DNA of 64,000 bases from Nibricoccus sp. (GTDB lineage: Bacteria; Verrucomicrobiota; Verrucomicrobiia; Opitutales; Opitutaceae). The notes under the pieces were generated by a model, which was not told the origin of the DNA, made no database searches, and worked only from the letters and a program-made list of their open reading frames with translations. The DNA is taken from contig JASGHG010000001.1 in assembly GCA_047602425.1 (NCBI GenBank), positions 4,256,001 to 4,320,000 on the forward strand. The letters are read 5' to 3'. Positions 1 through 9,143 of the stretch are shown piece by piece. How positions within the stretch are numbered: position 1 is the stretch's first letter; each line of letters starts with the position of its first letter. The position numbers and the translations under genes are program-made.

Positions 1-1467
1 GCGGAAAATCGAATGAATGCGCGCCACGGCGTAGAGCAGATAGGGCGCTGTGTTGCCGTCGAGGCTGAGCATCTTGTCCCACGAAAAGACGTAGTTGCTG
101 CTGCGATTTTGTGAAAGATCCGCGTATTGAACCGCGCCGACGCCGACGACGCGGGCGATTTCCCGACGTTCGTTTTCTGGGAGTTCGGGATTCTTTTCGC
201 TGACAACCGCGAAGGCACGTTCTTCGGCTTCGTCGAGCAGGGCTTTCAACTTGATCGTGCCGCCGTCGCGGGTCTTGAGCGCTTTGCCATCTTCGCCGGT
301 CACGGCGCCGAAACTAACGTGGTTGATAAATTTTTCGGCGAGCGCCTCAGGCATGTAGCCTTTGGCGGCGAACCATTTTTTAATCGCAAGGGAAAGCTGC
401 TCGAAATGGTCGTTCTGGCGGAAATCCGTGACGATCACGACACCGGTGGCTTTGAAATGCTCCAGTCGATACAGCGCGGTCGCCAGATCAGTCGTGGCAT
501 AGTTGCTCGCGCCATCGGTTTTGCGGATAATGAATGGTTGTTTCGCGAAGCGCGGATGCTCGGGATGGAAAATCACGAGCGCACCCTGACTTTCTTCGGC
601 GAGCTTTAGCTCTGTCAACTCGTTGTAGACACGGTCGAGCTTGTCGTTATAAAAACTTTCGCCGAGGTAATGGTCGAATTTGATGCCGAGGCGCGTGTAA
701 ATGCTGTCGAACGCGCGCTGGCTGACCTCGGTGAATTTTTTCCACAGCGCGAGATTCTCGGGATCGCCATTTTGTAGTTTGACGAGTTCCTGGCGCGCTT
801 CCTCAAGGGCCGGAGACCCCTCGGGCGTGGCATCGTTGCCGGCTTTATATAGGCGCTCAAGTTCCTCGATCGGTTCGCGTTCGAGCGCGGCGGCATCAGC
901 CCAACGCTTGTATCCATAAATCAACTTCCCGAACTGCGTGCCCCAGTCGCCGAGGTGATTGTCGCGAATGACATTTGCCCCGGTGAAGGCCAGCATGCGG
1001 CAAAGCGCTTCGCCGATCACCGCGGAGCGCAGATGTCCCACGTGCATTTGCTTCGCGGTGTTGGGCGAAGAATAATCGACCACGTAGGTTTTTCCCGCGC
1101 GGCTGGCGGCGAACGAAGCTTGGGCGGCCCCAGCTTTGAGCTGTTCGCCATTCGCGAAAGCACGCAACCATTCGAGCAACGCGGCGGGCTTCAGAGTGAA
1201 ATTGATAAAGCCAGGACCGGCGATTGTGACATCGAAACGTTCGCGTGTGGCGGCATCGAGCGCTCCGACGAGTTTTTCGGCGAGGGCGCGGGGATTTTGT
1301 TTCTCGCGCTTGGCATAGGCGAGCAAGCCATTGGCTTGAAAATCACCGTGCTTGGGATCGGCGGTGCGCACTTCAGGTGCGAAGCGATTGCCATCGAGCG
1401 CGATGGTTTTGGCTGCGGAAAACATGGCCGCTTCGACATCGGCCGCGAGATTGAACGATACCTGCAT
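1..1467 (-). CDS. argS: Arginine--tRNA ligase (3' end runs off the window)
   Basis: Manual translation of the minus strand from ATG at 1467 gives MQVSFNLAAD...GDFQAN...AGPGFINF...VVDYSSPNTAKQMHVGHLRS (HIGH motif)...NHLGDWGTQFG...RKTDGASNYATTDLA...LSLDGNTAPYLLYAVARIHSI. The frame is open to the window edge, so it is absent from the ORF track. Confidence 0.97.
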   Translation of the reverse strand, partial: MQVSFNLAADVEAAMFSAAKTIALDGNRFAPEVRTADPKHGDFQANGLLAYAKREKQNPRALAEKLVGALDAATRERFDVTIAGPGFINFTLKPAALLEWLRAFANGEQLKAGAAQASFAASRAGKTYVVDYSSPNTAKQMHVGHLRSAVIGEALCRMLAFTGANVIRDNHLGDWGTQFGKLIYGYKRWADAAALEREPIEELERLYKAGNDATPEGSPALEEARQELVKLQNGDPENLALWKKFTEVSQRAFDSIYTRLGIKFDHYLGESFYNDKLDRVYNELTELKLAEESQGALVIFHPEHPRFAKQPFIIRKTDGASNYATTDLATALYRLEHFKATGVVIVTDFRQNDHFEQLSLAIKKWFAAKGYMPEALAEKFINHVSFGAVTGEDGKALKTRDGGTIKLKALLDEAEERAFAVVSEKNPELPENERREIARVVGVGAVQYADLSQNRSSNYVFSWDKMLSLDGNTAPYLLYAVARIHSIFR

Positions 1468-1696
1468 CCCGCCACTCAACCGTTGCGGGCCACCCACCTG
1501 CAAGATCGGATTTCATCAGACCTTCTTATGGCTCAGGGATCGGCCGGCATTCTTGTGGAGATAATGGCGGATCAAGCAAATAGGAGATTCTCCTAACTTG
1601 GACTGTGTAAAATTGGCTCGACAAATCAGTATCTTATGGTTGGATCGTAAACTTTGCCAGCCGCAGGGCTGCCACTCTTTTTACAGTACAAAGCAC

Positions 1697-3040
1697 ATGA
1701 CCAAAAGAACCCTTCCTCCTCGTAGGTTCATCAAGCCAACGTTCGAATTTCTGATCGAAAAGAAACGCGACGGCGGCGAATTTACGCAAGAAGAAATCCG
1801 CTATATTATTGATAGCACTTTAGATGGGGAGATGCCACAGCATCAGCTGGCGGCATTGGCCATGGCCATCTACTTCCAAGGTATGTCAGCCCAAGAGACG
1901 GCTGATTTGACCGAGGAAATGATGCTATCCGGCGAAGTGATCGATCTTTCGCACATCGCAAAACCGAAGATCGATAAATATTCGACCGGCGGCGTAGGCG
2001 ATAAAACTTCACTCGTCCTCGTTCCGCTCGCGATGGCTAGCGGTGTCGTGGTTCCGATGATGTGTGGCGTCGAACACGATTACGTCATCAACGCGCTCGA
2101 CAAGCTGGCCGCAATTCCTGGTTTCAAAGGCCATCACACGACCGAACATTTCTCGCATCAGCTCGCCCGCATCGGCGGCGCAATCGTCGCTCAGACGGAC
2201 GATCTCGCTCCGGCCGACGCGAAGTTCTACGATCTTCGCAAGGAAACCGGCACCATTCCGAGTCTTCCGCTCATCACCGGCAGCGTTCTCTCAAAGAAGC
2301 TCGCCGAAGGTTCTGAAGGTCTCGTGATCGATGTGAAGTGGGGCAATGGCTCCTTCATCAAGGATCTTGAGCAAGCCAAGCAGCTCGCTCGCTCGATGAC
2401 CCGCGTCGGCCGCTCGATGAAGCGCCGCTGTGTCGCGCTTGTCACCGACATGAATCAGCCGCTCGGCGACACCGTCGGCACCGCGCTCGAAATCAAAGAA
2501 GCCATTGCGCTTCTCAAGGGCGAAGGCCCCGAGGACATGAAGGAACTCGTGCTCAAGCTCGGCATGGAAATCGTCCGCCTCGCGGGTGTCGCTGGCTCGA
2601 CGCTTTCGGCCAAGCAGACCGTGCAGCGCCACCTGACCGATGGTTCGGCTCTCGAAAAATTCAAGGAGCTCGTCAAAGCCCAGGGCGGCGATCCGACCTT
2701 TATCGACCACCCGGAAAAATTCCCGCAGGCGAAACACATTCGCAAACTCCCGGCTCCGAAACGCGGCTACGTGCACACCATCAATGCCGCAATGATCGCG
2801 CGCGGCGTGCACCTCCTCGGCGGTGGCAAGGAACAGGCGCACGACAAGATCGATTACGCCGTCGGTGTTTCCGAGATCAAGAAAGTCGGCACCCAGGTAA
2901 AACAGGGCGAGCCGCTCATGATGATTCATTACAACGATGAAGCGAAGCTCGAGCAGGCCCTTGAATACTTCAAGAACGCCTACCGTCTCGCCCCGAAACG
3001 TCCGACGCCTCCGCCCCTCGTCGTCGAGCGCGTGGCCTGA
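1697..3040 (+). CDS. Thymidine/pyrimidine-nucleoside phosphorylase family protein with degenerate active-site motifs
   Basis: KKRDG N-terminus, DKYSTGGVGDK, SVLSKKLAEG, DVKWGNGSF, TDMNQPLG and the C-terminal IDYAVG domain are present. The usual DKH His and the SGRGLGHTGGT loop are replaced. ATG 1697 was chosen over the ORF-track start at 1598. Confidence 0.9.
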   Translation: MTKRTLPPRRFIKPTFEFLIEKKRDGGEFTQEEIRYIIDSTLDGEMPQHQLAALAMAIYFQGMSAQETADLTEEMMLSGEVIDLSHIAKPKIDKYSTGGVGDKTSLVLVPLAMASGVVVPMMCGVEHDYVINALDKLAAIPGFKGHHTTEHFSHQLARIGGAIVAQTDDLAPADAKFYDLRKETGTIPSLPLITGSVLSKKLAEGSEGLVIDVKWGNGSFIKDLEQAKQLARSMTRVGRSMKRRCVALVTDMNQPLGDTVGTALEIKEAIALLKGEGPEDMKELVLKLGMEIVRLAGVAGSTLSAKQTVQRHLTDGSALEKFKELVKAQGGDPTFIDHPEKFPQAKHIRKLPAPKRGYVHTINAAMIARGVHLLGGGKEQAHDKIDYAVGVSEIKKVGTQVKQGEPLMMIHYNDEAKLEQALEYFKNAYRLAPKRPTPPPLVVERVA

Positions 3041-3067
3041 GCCGACCGCGATTCGCACAATAACTTC

Positions 3068-3099
3068 AAAGCCGACCGGACACCGGTCGGCTTTTTTTT
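3068..3099 (+). terminator. Intrinsic terminator
   Basis: AAAGCCGACCGG-ACA-CCGGTCGGCTTTTTTTT hairpin and U-tract just after the phosphorylase stop. Confidence 0.85.
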
Positions 3100-3479
3100 G
3101 CCAGATAGGTGTGTGCAGATCGAATCGCTGGGAAGTTGCGCGCCATCGCTCTGCGGTCCGGGGAAATAGCAACGATCGATGCTGTACGAAAAGTAACGCC
3201 AAGTTTTGGAGACTTAGAGCAATTTCATTGAAACTATGGCTGATTTCCGGCCTCAGTTTTTCGAGAAGCGCTTTAGCATCTGCTGCGTACAGAATACTGA
3301 TGGGCCTCACTATAGCTATACGCTCGGTCTAGGAACCACACAGTTCAATCGACGACAACGGTCGGAACCGCAACGAACAGCGAAGATGGTGTGCCCAGTT
3401 AGCGAATCCTTCTGTGCTTTGGTTCGTTCTATCGCGCCTGACGTTCTACGGTTTTTTAATAGACGAGGTATGCGGACAC

Positions 3480-3512
3480 AAAAAACCCCAAGCGGCCGAG
3501 GCTGCTTGGGGT
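3480..3512 (-). terminator. Intrinsic terminator of the PEP-CTERM gene
   Basis: Minus strand reads ACCCCAAGCAGCC-TC-GGCCGCTTGGGG-TTTTTT, about 25 bp after the stop at 3537. Confidence 0.75.
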
Positions 3513-3536
3513 GAAGGTTCTAAATCGTGCTTCGGG

Positions 3537-4196
3537 TTAGCGGCGGATGAAGCGACGCATTCCGGCGAGCGACAGAAGGCTCAAACCGAGCAAACTGACG
3601 GTGAAGGCGCCTTCGGGCACTTGCTTTGGAGTCGTGACGATGTCCAGCTGGACGCCGGTGTTGTAGTAATGGCAGTCGGGGTCGAAGCCGAGACCGAACA
3701 CTGCTTTATTGTAGCTGGTGGAATCGATGATGTAGCTGGTCAGGAGTCCGATGTTGGAGGTGGTAAAGTTATAGACGAAGTCGAAGGTCTTGTCGGACGT
3801 ATCGCCACCTTTGGGATCAGACCAAGAGGTGAGGAAACCACCTTGCGGAGCAAAATAATTTCCGCCGCTCTGGTTGTCCCAGTATGCCACGACGTTCTTG
3901 GTGGGATCATCGAGGAGGTTGATGTTGAGGACATCCGGCTCGACGGTCCAGTCCCAGACGTTCCAGATCGTGAGTTTGGCGCTTTGGATCTGTTGGCCAC
4001 CCGAGATTAGCGAGGTGCGGAGGGACTCGACGGAGCTGCCGGAGATGCCCCAGCTGTAGGCGTAGTAGTGATCCAGGTCGCCGAGATCGTCTAGATCTCC
4101 CTGACCGTCATTCGGCGTAAAGGTGAAAGTTGCGGCTTGAGCGGTGATCGCGAACAGGCCGAGAGCAGCGAGGCTGAGTAGTTTCTTCATTTTCAT
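3537..4196 (-). CDS. VPDSG-CTERM/PEP-CTERM exosortase target protein
   Basis: Signal peptide MKMKKLLSLAALGLFAITAQA. C-terminal VPEG motif, transmembrane helix and basic tail (QVPEGAFTVSLLGLSLLSLAGMRRFIRR). Confidence 0.88.
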   Translation of the reverse strand: MKMKKLLSLAALGLFAITAQAATFTFTPNDGQGDLDDLGDLDHYYAYSWGISGSSVESLRTSLISGGQQIQSAKLTIWNVWDWTVEPDVLNINLLDDPTKNVVAYWDNQSGGNYFAPQGGFLTSWSDPKGGDTSDKTFDFVYNFTTSNIGLLTSYIIDSTSYNKAVFGLGFDPDCHYYNTGVQLDIVTTPKQVPEGAFTVSLLGLSLLSLAGMRRFIRR

Positions 4197-4236
4197 TGTC
4201 GAAGTGGAAAGGTTGATTTTGGACGAGCGACGCTTG

Positions 4237-4252
4237 AGCAATGATAGTGCCA
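4237..4252 (-). promoter_or_regulatory. Sigma-54 (-24/-12) promoter of the PEP-CTERM gene
   Basis: Minus strand TGGCAC-TATCA-TTGCT is an exact match to TGGCAC-N5-TTGCW, about 40 bp upstream of the start. Confidence 0.85.
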
Positions 4253-4790
4253 AGAATTAACATCTTCTTAAGACAGATTTATTAAGCATTGATATTAAAC
4301 TTATTGAATAAAATAAAAAAATTTAACCTTTTAGGAAAAGTCGGGAAACCACAACCTTTCTTTGTAAGCATATCCGACGCTCTTGTCGAAACGGCGACAC
4401 GGGCGAAAGTGGTCCGGTTTTTGCGGAAAAGGGATCGTGTACACGCGGGTGAAATAGCGACGCACGGGTTGTAGGCTCTGTTGCGCGGTTGTGGAACTCA
4501 TCCCATCCGACACAGGAATCGCGGGTTGGCGAAAGTGCCAAGGGTCGTGCGCCAATAGCGACCATTTTGGTGGTAGTTCGTGGGGTGGAGGCCGGTGAAT
4601 TTTGCAGACGTGACATGATTTTGTACCGCATGCGCGAAGTTGTCCGTTTTCGTGTGGCTGCGTTTAAACGGGCGTCTTGCCCAGTTTGATTCTATGCATT
4701 CCTGACATCGCTTCTGTTGGTTAGGTAGATCGGTTTAGGGGGAAGGTGCACCCAGCCATTTTCTAGTTCCCGGACGTTGTATCCAACCCG

Positions 4791-6512
4791 TTGCGACACC
4801 TGAGATATGAGATTTTTTTGTTTCTCGGTTGCGAAGCCACAGTCTTGCTGCCGCTTTATTTAAATTGGCCGGCAGCCACCTTTAAAATGATGGACCCCGT
4901 TTTTGATTCGAAATATTTCGCTGAAACCTGCGGCGTCGTTGCTTCTGCGGTGCGCAGTTGGGTAAGCTGGAGCCGTGCGCGGCATCGGCGCGGAATTTTA
5001 TCCAGCCTTTGGACTTGGTTCTTTTTGTTGGTTTTTAGTTGTTCGCTGTCGGTGGCCGCGAATCGCATCGACGTGCCGGTGAAAATCAATGGTCAGGTCA
5101 TGCGGTTCGGCTTTGACACTGGAGCGGGTGCGGAGGTCGCGCTCTGGCAGGATGTCGCCGCTTTGATGGCGTTGCCTTCAAAGTCCCTGGCAACAGGACC
5201 GCTTTCGCCGGGTCACGTCGCGGTGGAACTATCCGATCCGGTTGCGGTGGAATTTTTCGGCACCAAGTCTCCGGAAGCGCGCATCGCGGTGATCAAAGGG
5301 CCCGACTATGCGAAATGGGAAATCCAGGGCCTGGTCGGATGGCCGGCGGTGCGAAACAATATTTGGAAAATCGATTTGGGCCGAAGCGGCTTGGGCATCA
5401 TAGGCAGTGTCCCGGCGGAAGCCGAGGGCTGGCTCAAATATCGAGTGAGCCAAAAGAAAGAAACCCTCGTCCTTGAAATTCCACGGGGCGATGGCGTGGG
5501 ATTGCTCGCCATCGACACCGGCTCGCAAGGCGGCGTGGCGCTTTCTCCGCGATTGTGGAATGAATGGAAAAATGCGCATTCGGGGCCGCCCGCCGTTTTG
5601 GAAGGCCATGAGATGCTGGCGACGGGAATCGCTCTGGCTGAAGTCACCGCCGCCGAACAATGGTCTATCGATAAACTCACTTTGTCGAAGGTGCTCCTGG
5701 AGCAGGCGCATCCGACCGAAATCGCCATTTATGGGGACGCTTATCTCGCAACGCTGGGTTTTGACGCGCTGCGCAAGCTGACCTTGATCGTCGATGGCAA
5801 AAATGGCTGGGCTTACCTTCAGCCGCACGAGAGCTCGGCGCGTTTGGGCTTGTACAATCGGTTGGGGGCAACGTTCATTCCGGCTGAGCCGCAAGGAGGG
5901 GAACTGGAGGCTCGGGTGGCGCCCGAAAGTCCGGCCGCGATGGCCGGGCTGCGCAACGGAGATCGCCTGCTCAAGCTTAATGGACTCGACGTCGAACATT
6001 GGCGCCAACGGCCGGGCAGCTGGCCGCTTGCGGAATTCTTTAACCAACCGCCAGGTACTCGGCTCGATTGCGTGGTGAAACGAGACGGACAGAACGTCGC
6101 GGTTCGTCCCGTTTTGCAGGAAATTTTAAGCTTCAAAAACGTTCCGCCGCACCCGGCATTCGAAATTCCGCCGCGTCCTGATTTCCATTTTATCCCGCCC
6201 CTTGCCGGTTTGGTTCGGCGAGCTGGAGATTTGGGCATTCCTATTACCTCGCAATCGAAAACCCCTGTGGAGGGTTTCATGCAAAAAGGCGATACAGTCA
6301 CCGCGTTGGTTACAAGTGTGGACGAAGGTAAGATTCGGCAATGGCTGGTTTTATTTTCGGGCAACGATTTGAAACCGCAGGAGAAAAAGGCGGAGCGGAA
6401 AAAACCGACACTTTATACGCTGAGCGGACGGGAGGTGCGCTTTGACCACACTCCGGTCCGGGGTGGCGATCCGCACAGTCGGGCCTTTCACGGTGAACGG
6501 GAAAGATCGTGA
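4791..6512 (+). CDS. Double retropepsin-like aspartyl protease plus PDZ domain protein, N-terminal part (probable frameshift; true start uncertain)
   Basis: Two D-T-G motifs (FDTGAG, IDTGSQ), flap-side GLVG/TLGFD motifs, a PDZ signature (SPAAMAGLRNGDRLLKLNG) and a hydrophobic signal-like segment WTWFFLLVFSCSLSVAA. Confidence 0.75.
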   Translation: MRHLRYEIFLFLGCEATVLLPLYLNWPAATFKMMDPVFDSKYFAETCGVVASAVRSWVSWSRARHRRGILSSLWTWFFLLVFSCSLSVAANRIDVPVKINGQVMRFGFDTGAGAEVALWQDVAALMALPSKSLATGPLSPGHVAVELSDPVAVEFFGTKSPEARIAVIKGPDYAKWEIQGLVGWPAVRNNIWKIDLGRSGLGIIGSVPAEAEGWLKYRVSQKKETLVLEIPRGDGVGLLAIDTGSQGGVALSPRLWNEWKNAHSGPPAVLEGHEMLATGIALAEVTAAEQWSIDKLTLSKVLLEQAHPTEIAIYGDAYLATLGFDALRKLTLIVDGKNGWAYLQPHESSARLGLYNRLGATFIPAEPQGGELEARVAPESPAAMAGLRNGDRLLKLNGLDVEHWRQRPGSWPLAEFFNQPPGTRLDCVVKRDGQNVAVRPVLQEILSFKNVPPHPAFEIPPRPDFHFIPPLAGLVRRAGDLGIPITSQSKTPVEGFMQKGDTVTALVTSVDEGKIRQWLVLFSGNDLKPQEKKAERKKPTLYTLSGREVRFDHTPVRGGDPHSRAFHGERERS

Positions 6513-7113
6513 CGTTCGCGATGAGTGGTCCGGCGCAACCGTGACGCGTGACTATCTGGCCTTGGGCTTGGACAGCACGGCGATTACGATGAGAAAAATC
6601 GCTTCGGCTAAAGGAGCGCGCGTCGGCTTTAACACCCGTCGGCCCGCTGACGACAAGGCTGCGGCAAATCGGGCGCAATTGGAAGCCGCGGGAATTGGCT
6701 TGGAGGACGAACGCGCTTTTGCCGGTGGAACGATGGCGATGGCTGATTTCTTTCGCATCGCTGCGCAAACTCCCGGAGTGCGCGACGTGTTGCGCGAGAT
6801 GCTCGATATTTCATTTAAAGACCTGCTGAAAAGCCCGCAGATTAGTATTAATATTCAAGCCGAGGTGGAAGACTTTGACCCCGCATTTTGGGGATTGGCG
6901 CCTGGTGAGCCTTGCCGCTCTTTTTGTTTCCGCATTGAACTGAACGGCGTCCCTCGATTGACGTGCCGCGTCGCGGCAACGCGACCATTGCGTCCACTTC
7001 AGACTGTGGCCGGGGTGGTTGGCATCGCTGCATCGCGTTTCGATGGAAGCGGACCGCACGTTATGGTTCGCATGTTGTCGGCTCATACGGTCGAAGCGCC
7101 CGTTGCGAAATGA
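6442..7113 (+). CDS. Probable C-terminal continuation (+1 frame) of the aspartyl protease-PDZ gene, or a separate hypothetical protein
   Basis: Overlaps the upstream ORF by 71 nt and has only a TTG start. Protein-like sequence continues seamlessly if one base is removed at CCGGGG (6458-6463). Confidence 0.6.
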   Translation: MTTLRSGVAIRTVGPFTVNGKDRDVRDEWSGATVTRDYLALGLDSTAITMRKIASAKGARVGFNTRRPADDKAAANRAQLEAAGIGLEDERAFAGGTMAMADFFRIAAQTPGVRDVLREMLDISFKDLLKSPQISINIQAEVEDFDPAFWGLAPGEPCRSFCFRIELNGVPRLTCRVAATRPLRPLQTVAGVVGIAASRFDGSGPHVMVRMLSAHTVEAPVAK

Positions 7114-7295
7114 GAGCGCTGCCATCGAAGGCAGAGTTCGCTACGACCGAAATTTTGCGGTCGCGGACAATGAATCTTTAGGCGAAAGCGACAGCGCAGA
7201 AGCAACCTGTTCAACTAAAAAGGTACAAAGTTCGAGGGGGTTTTTCCTCGATTGAACTTGCGCTGTCATTTCGCGCCCGGGCAGCGGATTCAGGT

Positions 7296-7335
7296 TAGTC
7301 ACCCGAATGTTACGATGCCGCCACAAAGTTGTCAC
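7296..7335 (+). promoter_or_regulatory. Pho box array (PhoB-type, four half-sites)
   Basis: TAGTCAC / ATGTTAC / CCGCCAC / TTGTCAC at exact 11-bp spacing (cores at 7298, 7309, 7320, 7331), upstream of a phosphate-scavenging-type gene. Confidence 0.7.
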
Positions 7336-7399
7336 GCATTCGAGGCATGGTGCGCTGGTTCCTGAAATCTCCACCTCCTTGCTTGGCTTAAGTCATCAC

Positions 7400-8857
7400 A
7401 TGAAAAAACAGCGCATCGCTTCACTTGTTCTTGTTTCGTCCCTTCTGGCCTCGGCTGCTCACGCCGTCGATCTGATCGCCATCGGATCCATCAGCGGCAG
7501 CTATGAGGATTTTGCCACTGAAACCGCCTTTCCGCTCGAAAATGGTCTCCCGGGAAATTGTCTGGGCGGAATTGGTTCGGGTTTGGCTTATGCCGGTGGC
7601 ACCACCTTTCTCGCGCTTCCGGATCGCGGACCCAACGCCAAGGCCTACAACGCCCTCGTCGACGACACAGCCTCCTACATTCCCCGTTTCCATACGCTCA
7701 ATCTCAGTCTCGCGCCCACCGCCGATCCCGCCACGGGGTTGCCGTTCACGCTCACGCCGATGTTGACGGGCACCACCTTGCTTTCGAGCCGCACGCCATT
7801 GAGCTACGGCAACGGATCCGGCCTCGGGAACCAAGTCGACGGTGTCACACCGCTTGGTTCTGGCGTACCGTTGTTGAACGCCATTGACCACACGCATTAT
7901 TTTAGCGGGCGCTCGGATAATTTCGACGCCACCAAACCTTCGTCCTCGCCCAAAAATGCCCGCTTCGATCCCGAGGGCATCCGGCTTTCCAACAATGGTC
8001 GCAGCGTATTTATTTCCGACGAATATGGTCCGTTTCTCTACGAGTTCGACCGCGCGACGGGAGAGCGTATTCGGGCAATCGCTTTGCCCGCCAATCTTGC
8101 CGTCGCCAAGCTCAGCGCGCAGGGCGCGGTGGAAATTGCCGGCAACACGATCGGTCGCGTCGCCAACAAAGGCATGGAAGGGCTGGCCATCACGCCCGAC
8201 GGGAAAATGCTGGTGGCCGCGATGCAGGCCAATCTGGAGCAGGACAAAAAGAAGAGCCTGCGCCTGGTCACAGTCGACCTGAAAACCGGCATCACGCACG
8301 AATACGCTTATCAACTAACCGATGGTTCGGGTGTGAGCGAAATTGTAGCAGTCAACAACCATCAATTTCTGTTGGATGAGCGCGATGGTAGCGGCCTGGG
8401 TGAATTTCCGTCGATTGGAGAAACGGCTTCCAAAGCCGTGGTGAAAAAACTCTATTTGATCGATCTCGCCGGAGCGACCGATGTCAGCGCCATCGCCGGA
8501 CCCAACGCCGATCTTTCCTCTTACGCGGTCAAAAAGACGCTGTTTCTGGATATTGTTGGCAAGCTCAACGCTTCCGGCATCAGCAGCTATTTGATTCCAT
8601 CGAAAATCGAGGGCGTCACCTTTGGTCCTGACGTCGAGATCGGCGGGGGCACGAAGCACACGCTGTTCATTGCAAACGACAACGATTTTCTGGCGACCGT
8701 CGCGGATCCCTTGAAGCTTCCGACGGACGCCACGCGTGGAAAAATTCCAAACCCCAACCAGATTTACGTCTTCGCATTTACCGATGGCGAATTGCCCGGT
8801 TTTGTCCCTCAGCAATTCAAGCGATCCCACGATCGCGACGTCGATTGCCGGGACTGA
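7400..8857 (+). CDS. Secreted esterase-like activity of phytase family (Phytase-like) beta-propeller protein
   Basis: Signal peptide MKKQRIASLVLVSSLLASAAHA. Motifs GGIGSGL, LPDRGP, DPEGI, SDEYGP, NKGMEGLAITPDG, LDERD, KIEG and NDNDF. Confidence 0.85.
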   Translation: MKKQRIASLVLVSSLLASAAHAVDLIAIGSISGSYEDFATETAFPLENGLPGNCLGGIGSGLAYAGGTTFLALPDRGPNAKAYNALVDDTASYIPRFHTLNLSLAPTADPATGLPFTLTPMLTGTTLLSSRTPLSYGNGSGLGNQVDGVTPLGSGVPLLNAIDHTHYFSGRSDNFDATKPSSSPKNARFDPEGIRLSNNGRSVFISDEYGPFLYEFDRATGERIRAIALPANLAVAKLSAQGAVEIAGNTIGRVANKGMEGLAITPDGKMLVAAMQANLEQDKKKSLRLVTVDLKTGITHEYAYQLTDGSGVSEIVAVNNHQFLLDERDGSGLGEFPSIGETASKAVVKKLYLIDLAGATDVSAIAGPNADLSSYAVKKTLFLDIVGKLNASGISSYLIPSKIEGVTFGPDVEIGGGTKHTLFIANDNDFLATVADPLKLPTDATRGKIPNPNQIYVFAFTDGELPGFVPQQFKRSHDRDVDCRD

Positions 8858-8900
8858 GCGGAGACGGATTTCTACGGCTGTATCGATTGAATAGTGAAGT

Positions 8901-8940
8901 CGGACGCGGACAGGATTCCGCGTCCGTTTACTTTTATTTT
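8901..8940 (+). terminator. Intrinsic terminator
   Basis: CGGACGCGGA-CAGGAT-TCCGCGTCCG followed by TTTACTTTTATTTT. Confidence 0.7.
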
Positions 8941-9143
8941 CGCGACTTAAACGTCGCGAGGGGAGGCGGTAGTCACACCCATGAAATAGCGGCATGCGGA
9001 AGTTTGTTAGGCTAGGGCGGGGAAGATTTTGCGCTGTAGGTCAACGACGCGCGCATCGACTCAGTTGACGGTGTGATTGCCGAAGCGGTCTGAATGGGGC
9101 GGTCAGTTTGTCTCCGCTTCCCCAACACAAGCAACCCCTCCCT

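Noticed and set aside
127..1596. Plus-strand ORFs 127-609 and 955-1596
   Set aside because: They are antisense to argS, which the ORF track missed because it runs off the window.
3100..3470. Possible gene remnant between the phosphorylase and PEP-CTERM terminators
   Set aside because: Only a short helix-like stretch (MRPISILYAADAKALLEKL...), with no bounded ORF or recognisable family.
8990..9143. Riboswitch (e.g. cobalamin or TPP) upstream of the TonB-dependent receptor
   Set aside because: No B12-box, TPP or other recognisable conserved aptamer motif was seen.
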